A stretch of 64,000 nt of DNA, from assembly GCA_965223265.1 (NCBI GenBank), contig OZ244999.1:2016001-2080000 (forward strand). The letters run 5' to 3'. Made by a program: the position numbers and the translations under genes. The notes beneath the pieces were generated by a model. The model made no database searches and had not been told where the DNA came from. It saw only the letters and a list, made by a program, of their open reading frames with translations. The DNA comes from Planctomycetota bacterium (GTDB lineage Bacteria; Planctomycetota; UBA8108; SXIK01). Shown piece by piece: positions 57,761 to 64,000 of the stretch (position 1 is the stretch's first letter; every line of letters begins with the position of its first letter).

Positions 57761-58597
57761 TCAGCTTCGCGTGATCCGCCGCAAGATCGTCGTTGATTCG
57801 AGAAGGCGTGCCTGGGCGCTCACGAGCGCTTTGAGGTTTGGGTGAACCGGTGGTCGAAACAGGCGCCGGAGTCGACGAACGACCTTGTCGTCGGTCTCGA
57901 GTCCTTCGTAGGCCAAGGTGGCGAGGACGCGCTCTTCGCCGACCTGGATGATGCTTTGTTCGGCCTCCGCTGCGCGGAGCTCATTGTCGCGCGATAGCGC
58001 TCTTGCGTCGACGAGGAACGGTTCGAGCAGGCGATATGCGCCGCGCAGGTCGCCTGCCGTCGCCAGGGCGAATGCCGACTCGATCGCTTCTGCGTCGCGC
58101 TGGTTGCGCGCACGTCGGTCGCGCGCGAGACGTCGAATGCGTAGCCATACGTCGGGCGGTAGCTGTTTCTCCCAGCGTGCGAGCTCGAGCTCATTCGTGT
58201 CGAAGACGAGGACGGCGGGGAGCTCCTTGATCTCAAGCGCCGCCAGTACCTCTGCGACTTCTCCTGCCCCAACGAGAACACCGCAGAGCAGATCGCCCAG
58301 GTCTCGGATGCGCTGCGAGGCCGCAACAACGCGGTCCTCGCCCAACTCCGTGGGCGGGAGATAGACGACGAGGAGTTGATCGTTCTGCTGCGCTTGGTCG
58401 AGACCGCGCTCGTAGGCGTCGAACCAAGTAACTGGCGTGCGCGGCGAAGAAGACTCTGCCGCAGGCTGCGTGTTGAGCGGCAGTGTCGCGGCAACGGCCA
58501 CAAGCATCGCCACCACACGGCACACGTTTCTCCGCACCGCTTGCTTCTGCGTTGCCCGTGACCGCGGCTTGAGTTGGAACGGAAGTTTTCTAAGCAT
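57761..58597 (-). CDS. Exported thioredoxin-fold-like hypothetical protein without CxxC
   Basis: VTWFDAYERGLDQAQQNDQLLVVY and IKELPAVLVFD resemble a thioredoxin-like fold. Start uncertain. Confidence 0.6.
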   Translation of the reverse strand: MLRKLPFQLKPRSRATQKQAVRRNVCRVVAMLVAVAATLPLNTQPAAESSSPRTPVTWFDAYERGLDQAQQNDQLLVVYLPPTELGEDRVVAASQRIRDLGDLLCGVLVGAGEVAEVLAALEIKELPAVLVFDTNELELARWEKQLPPDVWLRIRRLARDRRARNQRDAEAIESAFALATAGDLRGAYRLLEPFLVDARALSRDNELRAAEAEQSIIQVGEERVLATLAYEGLETDDKVVRRLRRLFRPPVHPNLKALVSAQARLLESTTILRRITRS

Positions 58598-58628
58598 CCG
58601 CCGAGAACCAGTGCGCGTCCGCAAACTT

Positions 58629-60293
58629 TCAGCCAGCAGGACGGACCTGTTCCTGCTTCCAGCGCAGGACCATCCAGGCACCGATGAATCCGACGAGAAC
58701 ACCAATGAAGACGCCAACGATGCCGCCGACTCCCGCGTCACTGTCCGGAGCGTGGGCAGCCGCTTCTCCGTTGCCATCGCCCTGGCCCGGCGCTTTGTCG
58801 GGACTTTCGCTGGCCGCGCTGCGCGCCTGCGAGGCGTTGGCGTCGGGGGCACCGGCGGTGTCGTTCCCGCTGGGGCGGCGCCGTTCTGTGTTTCCGGGCT
58901 GTTTGCGTTCGCTAGCGGCACTGCGCGTCGTGTGACCGGTGGGATCTCCCGGCGTGCTCACGACGGTCGCCTTGTCGGTCTCTTTCCTGTCTTCGGCGTC
59001 GTCAGGCTCCTCGAGGGTCGTCGCGATCGCTAGATCTGCGATCCGCCGTTGGGTGCTCGTCTCCAGTTCCTTCCACAGCTGTTTGATTTCCACAGCATCC
59101 GTCGTCAAAGTCTCCGGCGCCAGCTTCGCGAGGGCCTGGCCATGCGACAGTGTGATTTTCGTCACCGTACTGATGTTGCGTTCGAGCTCGCGCCGCCGGC
59201 GGCGAAGGGCGCCACCTGCGAGTTCGTGTTCCACTTCACGCCACGACTCCCACAGGCGACTCACCTGACGGAAGCTCTTGTGTTCCTTCAAAAAGATCGG
59301 GTGCAGTCGTTCCCAACGCTGCTCGAATTCGCGCACGCGACGCCGGATCTCGAGCATCTCACCCGTCTCGGCGAGCGTCGACGGGGAAACGGCCGCGTCT
59401 TCCGCCGCATCGTAAAGCTTCTTTTCCGCGATCTTCAGATCTTCGAGCACGTACTCAAGGTCAATTCGTAAGTCGTCCGAGAAGATGTCCAGGTGCTCGT
59501 CATATGTCTGCGTGACGCGTCGGTAGTCTGCTTCGAGCTCGGCATCCGAAGGCGTCGCCGGCTTTTTCTTGGTCGCTTGCGTCTCGCCCTCAGCGCCTGA
59601 CGACGCGTTGGCGTTGGCCGCATTCTTGGCGCTTCCGTCAGTGCTCGTTTCGTCGCCACTCTTGCCTTGATTCACACCGCGCTGCGTAGACTTTAGCTCG
59701 GTAAGACGGGCCGTTAGTCGATCTGATGTGAGCCATTTTTTTCCATCGCACACGCGACACGTGACTTTGCCAACGAAGCGGCACGTGGGGCAGATGCGAT
59801 CGAAGATGAGTTTCGGGCATTTGCGTTCGCTTCTGCCGAGACAAGCGCTGCAGAGAAACGAGCCGGCACCGCGGCAAGTAGGGCACTCGCGGTCGTCGCT
59901 CACCTTGCCGTCGCCATCGCATTGGCTGCAGATCAGGCGTCCCGTTGACTCTTTGCCGTCCTGGTCACAGGCCGTGCAGGCACGGCGTCCGGTGCCCTCG
60001 CAGCGCCGACACTTTCGACCGATCTGCCCCTTCCCTTCGCACTGCGTGCACTCCTCTTTGCCGCGTTTGTCGCACCTTGGGCAGCGTTCCTTGCCGTCGG
60101 TCTCGCTCTCGGTCGGCACCGGGCTGGAATCTTCGCGGGCGACTGCCTTGGGGGCGTCTTTTGTCGGGGTGATTTCGCCCGCCGCGCTGCTGGGGGAGAT
60201 CACCGCGAAACCGAGGACGCATACGGAGAGCCAGCGCCACCCCAAAGACCTGAACGACAACGGCTTCGAGAGGACCCGCCCCGTGCTGATCAT
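58629..60293 (-). CDS. Protein with a signal peptide, DnaJ-type CxxCxGxG cluster, coiled coil and C-terminal TM
   Basis: CPRCDKRG, CTQCEGKG, CRRCEGTG, CSQCDGDG, CPTCRGAG and CRVCDGK. TM GIVGVFIGVLVGFIGAWMVL. Confidence 0.8.
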   Translation of the reverse strand: MISTGRVLSKPLSFRSLGWRWLSVCVLGFAVISPSSAAGEITPTKDAPKAVAREDSSPVPTESETDGKERCPRCDKRGKEECTQCEGKGQIGRKCRRCEGTGRRACTACDQDGKESTGRLICSQCDGDGKVSDDRECPTCRGAGSFLCSACLGRSERKCPKLIFDRICPTCRFVGKVTCRVCDGKKWLTSDRLTARLTELKSTQRGVNQGKSGDETSTDGSAKNAANANASSGAEGETQATKKKPATPSDAELEADYRRVTQTYDEHLDIFSDDLRIDLEYVLEDLKIAEKKLYDAAEDAAVSPSTLAETGEMLEIRRRVREFEQRWERLHPIFLKEHKSFRQVSRLWESWREVEHELAGGALRRRRRELERNISTVTKITLSHGQALAKLAPETLTTDAVEIKQLWKELETSTQRRIADLAIATTLEEPDDAEDRKETDKATVVSTPGDPTGHTTRSAASERKQPGNTERRRPSGNDTAGAPDANASQARSAASESPDKAPGQGDGNGEAAAHAPDSDAGVGGIVGVFIGVLVGFIGAWMVLRWKQEQVRPAG

Positions 60294-60547
60294 TCGCGAG
60301 TGAGTCGCGCCTGCCGTGGTCGCGACGAGGCCAAAACCTTGCCTCCAATTCAAAGGCTCGCTCCTTCCTCCAATGCGAGCGGACGTCGGAAATCGGAAAC
60401 CGTATTCTACAGGGCGTTTCCTGAGGCCACAACGCTCGTTCAGCGACCGAAAACTCTTTCTGCTCCGGGGAGAGAACGCAGGCATCGCCGCCAGGCATTC
60501 TGGCTCGCCGTCGCGCGTCTCCCCCTCAGGCGAACAGACGGTTGCGA

Positions 60548-62980
60548 CTACTGGCAGGGCGCGAACGCGCGACAGGTGAGGTCGTCGGCCGTCGGGTCAG
60601 TGCCGCACGTATCGGTCGGTTCGTTGAGGAGGTCGCCGGCGGCGAAAAGGCGGTTGAGGAGGAAGATGGGGTCGGCGACGTCGAGTCCGCCGTCGTCATT
60701 CGCGTCGGCGGTCTTCTCGCACGTCGGTTGCTCCTTGCCTGCAAAGAGCGCGTTGAGGATGAACACGGCGTCGGCGAGGTCGAGGACGTCGTCGGCGTTG
60801 GCGTCACCGCGGCGGTACGGCGAGCTGGCCTGGTTGCGACCGAAGATCACCGTGAGCGTCTCGGATGAGCGATTCGACGTCAGGACATCTTGGTTGCCGT
60901 CGCCGTTCAGATCTCGCACCTCCACCGTGCGTGCGTCGCCGGTGCGAAGGATGTCGATGACCTCGTACGAGCTGCCATCAACGCGGCTGACGACCGAGAT
61001 GTTCCGGTCGTCCGAGCTTGCCGCGAAAACTTCCACCGCGCCGTCGCCTGTGACGTCGCGTGCGCTGAGGGACGAAACGAGTGGGAAAAGATTGACCGGG
61101 ACTGGGTCGCCAAAGTTGCCATCGCCAAGACTCGCAAAGAGCTGCAGACCTCGGTCGTCGGCAAAGATCAGATCGCCACTGCTCACACCATCGAGAGAGC
61201 CGACAGTGACCGCGAGCAGCCCGGGGACTTGGTCGACGGTCTTTTGCGTCGGGAAGCCGCCTTGTCCGTCACCGAAGAACGCGGTGAAGCCGCCGTCGCC
61301 GGCGACGATGATGTCAACGGCACCGTCGCCACTAACGTCTGCCGCCACGAGATCGTTTGGCCCCGCCAGTGTCAGCGTCAGCGTGCCGCCGCTCGCGAGT
61401 GCACCGTCGCCACCACCGCGAAGAAGCGTGATGTCGTTCGAGCCAGAGTTGAGCACGGCGCCATCGAGTCCCGCGGCGTCAAATGTAGCGAGAACGATCT
61501 GGTTTGGCAAAACGCCGACATTGACGGTGCCGCCCGGCGCCGGAAGCGCGCCGTCGCGGCCGTGGAACACACGCGCCTGCCCAGCGGTGAAGTCGACGGC
61601 GACGATGTCGCCGAACGGATCGCCGTTCAAGTCGCCAATGGCGACGTCTTCGAAGAAGGCACCGCCGGCGCTGATCGTTTCCGACTCGGAGTAGCCGCTG
61701 GAACCGGAGAACACTGTGAGGCCGCCGGTCAGCGACGCGACTGCCTCGTCCTGGCCGTCGCCGTCGAGGTCGCCTGCCGCGGCGCTCGTCGGGCGGTCAG
61801 CGAGCGGTAGAGCCAGACCGCTGCGAAAGGTCCCATCACCGCGGCTGCGAAAAACTGTCACCAGCGTGTCGTCGGTTGTACCGACCACGAGGTCGCCGCC
61901 GTCACCATCGCCCTCGAAGTCGGCGATTTCGGCGGTGAGCGTCCCGCGCTGAAAGAACTGCAGAAGCAAATCGTCGAAGCTGCCGTCACCAACGCCGCGG
62001 AAGACATCGACGCGGTTGCTGCTGACCTCGTTGTCGTTGACGATCACCGCGATGTCGAGGTTCGAGTCGCCGCTCAGCTCGCCGGCGATGATGAAGAGAA
62101 CGGGGTCCTCGAGCTGCAGCGTCTTCGTTGTTGGAAAGTTGCCTTCCCCATCGCCGAGGAGAACGTCGACTCTGCCCGAATTCTGACTGGCAAGAGCAAC
62201 GTCGGTGATCGTGTCTCCATCGAAATCACCCGTGGTCAGCCAGCGCGGGACCAACCCTGCCGGGATGCTCGTGCTGACGAAGGAACCGTCGGCCGCTCCC
62301 GTGAGCAGATTCATGCGCTGCTCGTCGCCGATCGCGACCACCAGGTCGCCGCGACCGTCGCGGTTGAAGTCGCCGGCAACGATGGAGTGCGGACTGGACC
62401 CGACGTTGATGTCTTCCTTCTCGGCGAAGGTTCGCGGCCCGGTGGCACGAAGGATCGAGATACTGGAGCTACCCGTATTCACCGCCGCGATATCGAGCCG
62501 TGTGTCGCCGCTGAGTTCTGCGATCACCGCCTGGCGCGGACTGAAGCCGACTCCGTGCGGCTGCGGGGCATCGAACGTTCCGTCGCCACGACCATATAGA
62601 ACGATGACAGACTCGGCTGACGAATCCGTGACCACAAGGTCCATGTTCTGGTCGCCGTCGACGTCGCCGGCGGCGAGATCGATCAGAGTGCCGTTCAGAA
62701 AGAGCGGCTCACCCGCCGACGTGAGGAATCCCTCGTTGTTGGTGAAGACGCTGAGATCCCCCGATCCACCCGCCGCCAGATCGACCAAGCCATCGCCGTT
62801 GAGGTCGGGCGCGGCGAGGGACAGGGCCGGTGGCAGGAATAGGGTTTCTTCGGAGTCGAAGAGGCCGCTTGTTTGAGCGACCAGGCTGACGGGGAGGGCC
62901 ACCATGAACACGATCAAGACACGAGGTCCGAACGTGCTGACGAGGTCGCGGTAGGCGGGGGATTTGCGGTGAAGGGACAT
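60548..62980 (-). CDS. Secreted FG-GAP/VCBS beta-propeller protein with a C-terminal dockerin-like domain
   Basis: Many GD(L/F)NGDG..DL repeats. YRRGDANADD..CEKTADANDDG..CGTDPTADDLTC. Start uncertain. Confidence 0.9.
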   Translation of the reverse strand: MSLHRKSPAYRDLVSTFGPRVLIVFMVALPVSLVAQTSGLFDSEETLFLPPALSLAAPDLNGDGLVDLAAGGSGDLSVFTNNEGFLTSAGEPLFLNGTLIDLAAGDVDGDQNMDLVVTDSSAESVIVLYGRGDGTFDAPQPHGVGFSPRQAVIAELSGDTRLDIAAVNTGSSSISILRATGPRTFAEKEDINVGSSPHSIVAGDFNRDGRGDLVVAIGDEQRMNLLTGAADGSFVSTSIPAGLVPRWLTTGDFDGDTITDVALASQNSGRVDVLLGDGEGNFPTTKTLQLEDPVLFIIAGELSGDSNLDIAVIVNDNEVSSNRVDVFRGVGDGSFDDLLLQFFQRGTLTAEIADFEGDGDGGDLVVGTTDDTLVTVFRSRGDGTFRSGLALPLADRPTSAAAGDLDGDGQDEAVASLTGGLTVFSGSSGYSESETISAGGAFFEDVAIGDLNGDPFGDIVAVDFTAGQARVFHGRDGALPAPGGTVNVGVLPNQIVLATFDAAGLDGAVLNSGSNDITLLRGGGDGALASGGTLTLTLAGPNDLVAADVSGDGAVDIIVAGDGGFTAFFGDGQGGFPTQKTVDQVPGLLAVTVGSLDGVSSGDLIFADDRGLQLFASLGDGNFGDPVPVNLFPLVSSLSARDVTGDGAVEVFAASSDDRNISVVSRVDGSSYEVIDILRTGDARTVEVRDLNGDGNQDVLTSNRSSETLTVIFGRNQASSPYRRGDANADDVLDLADAVFILNALFAGKEQPTCEKTADANDDGGLDVADPIFLLNRLFAAGDLLNEPTDTCGTDPTADDLTCRAFAPCQ

Positions 62981-63495
62981 GACGGGCGGCACTCTTTTTC
63001 GTGTTTTTCTCGCTTCTCTCGCCCCACCGACGGCTGGACGAGAGCGGACTTCGTTTCGTTAGTGGTGGGAGGGGAATCCCTTCGTTTTCAGCACGAAAAC
63101 AGCGCTGAGTCAAAGAGAATCGAACGAGAAATCGACGCCAAGCGAACGGCCCTAAAGTCGGGCAAACTTCGAATCGCTCCGAAAAGTTCGTTGGGAGTGC
63201 CGAGCTCATCTTGTAAGATCAGCAACATTAGAATTCGAGAGGGAAGCGGTCCGGGAATAGAGCATTTGCTAGTCGACCGGAGTCGCTTCAGGGAGAGACG
63301 GACCTCTCGCCCGTGGCCCCAAGCACGTCAGCGAGCGGAATGTCGATCGAAGGGTTTTTTCGCGGGAGATGACAACGTCTACCGGGCTGGTGCGCGGCCG
63401 CTTGGTTGTTTTTCATAGCGTTCGCGTAGCAGCGAGTTGTTTCGGTAGCGGTGCCATCGCTTCGCAAAATGGTGTTTTCCCTTAAGGAGGGGCCC

Positions 63496-64000
63496 ATGCG
63501 GTATGTGTGTTCTTTCGCCTTGGGTGCAGTTTTGTTGGTCGGACTCCAGGCGCAGCTGTTTGCGCAAGGACCGGCGATGTTCGACAAGTATTGCGGTCAT
63601 CTGTCGATTCCGTACGCCATGAACGATTCCGGCGCAGATGATCCGGCTCAAATCGCGCTCAACCCGAATCCCGAGCTCGATTGTACGAACGGTGTCGACG
63701 ACGATGGCGATGGCCCCGTCGACTTCGACGACACGGACTGCCAAGGTGACCTGCAGGTCCAAAACGTGAAGACGAAGCTCAACTGGCGCGTCATCACGTC
63801 CATTAGCGGTACAGACGCTCGTTTCAACGGTCGCGACCGTAGCGGCGACTCCGCATCCGAGCTGGTGCTGAACACGACCGGCCCGGGTGGAGTGAAGCAA
63901 ACCTACCTGCACGGTGAAGACAGCTACACCGCAGTGGGTGTCCGCAGCGTCTATCTGCCCGGTCTTGCGGGCAACGGCAGCAGCCCCGCAGCTGTGCGCA
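63496..64000 (+). CDS. 5' part of a secreted protein, running off the window (not in the ORF track)
   Basis: AAGGAGG RBS. Signal MRYVCSFALGAVLLVGLQAQLFA. Cys/Asp motif ELDCTNGVDDDGDGPVDFDDTDC. No stop before the window end. Confidence 0.85.
   Translation, partial: MRYVCSFALGAVLLVGLQAQLFAQGPAMFDKYCGHLSIPYAMNDSGADDPAQIALNPNPELDCTNGVDDDGDGPVDFDDTDCQGDLQVQNVKTKLNWRVITSISGTDARFNGRDRSGDSASELVLNTTGPGGVKQTYLHGEDSYTAVGVRSVYLPGLAGNGSSPAAVR

Noticed and set aside
60300-61694. 464-aa plus-strand ORF and similar antisense ORFs (48331-49653, 15204-16448, 55184-56263)
   Set aside because: These are shadow frames opposite well-supported genes in high-GC DNA.

Overview
GC-rich bacterial chromosomal segment, most likely from a Planctomycetota genome. 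This is an inference from DUF1080/ThuA, sulfatase and kinase-FGE proteins and five exported proteins ending in a dockerin-like domain. Housekeeping blocks: a ribose-type sugar ABC transporter, a LonC-like protease, rny-ymdB with a 6S-like RNA upstream, and xseA-xseB-dxs-dtd-J-domain-manC-ruvX-rpsO-pnp. Mobile and repetitive DNA: one apparently complete IS110-family element with a bridge-RNA candidate, two copies of a ~184-bp MITE, GTAG-type REP hairpins and several hexamer microsatellite tracts. Two systems are not explained by standard annotation. (1) A cassette present twice: a branched hairpin with a 42-nt core 41/42 identical between copies, exactly 85 nt upstream of a 107-aa four-helix-bundle gene (proteins only ~46% identical), next to bipartite (GTGNGC)n/(TCYGNN)n arrays that recur elsewhere in the window. 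(2) A promoter, short ORF and terminator followed by ~650 nt of densely structured sequence with an embedded aberrant tRNA-like domain, leading into a soluble SPFH (slipin) gene. All alignments and counts were done by eye, and no database searches were run.
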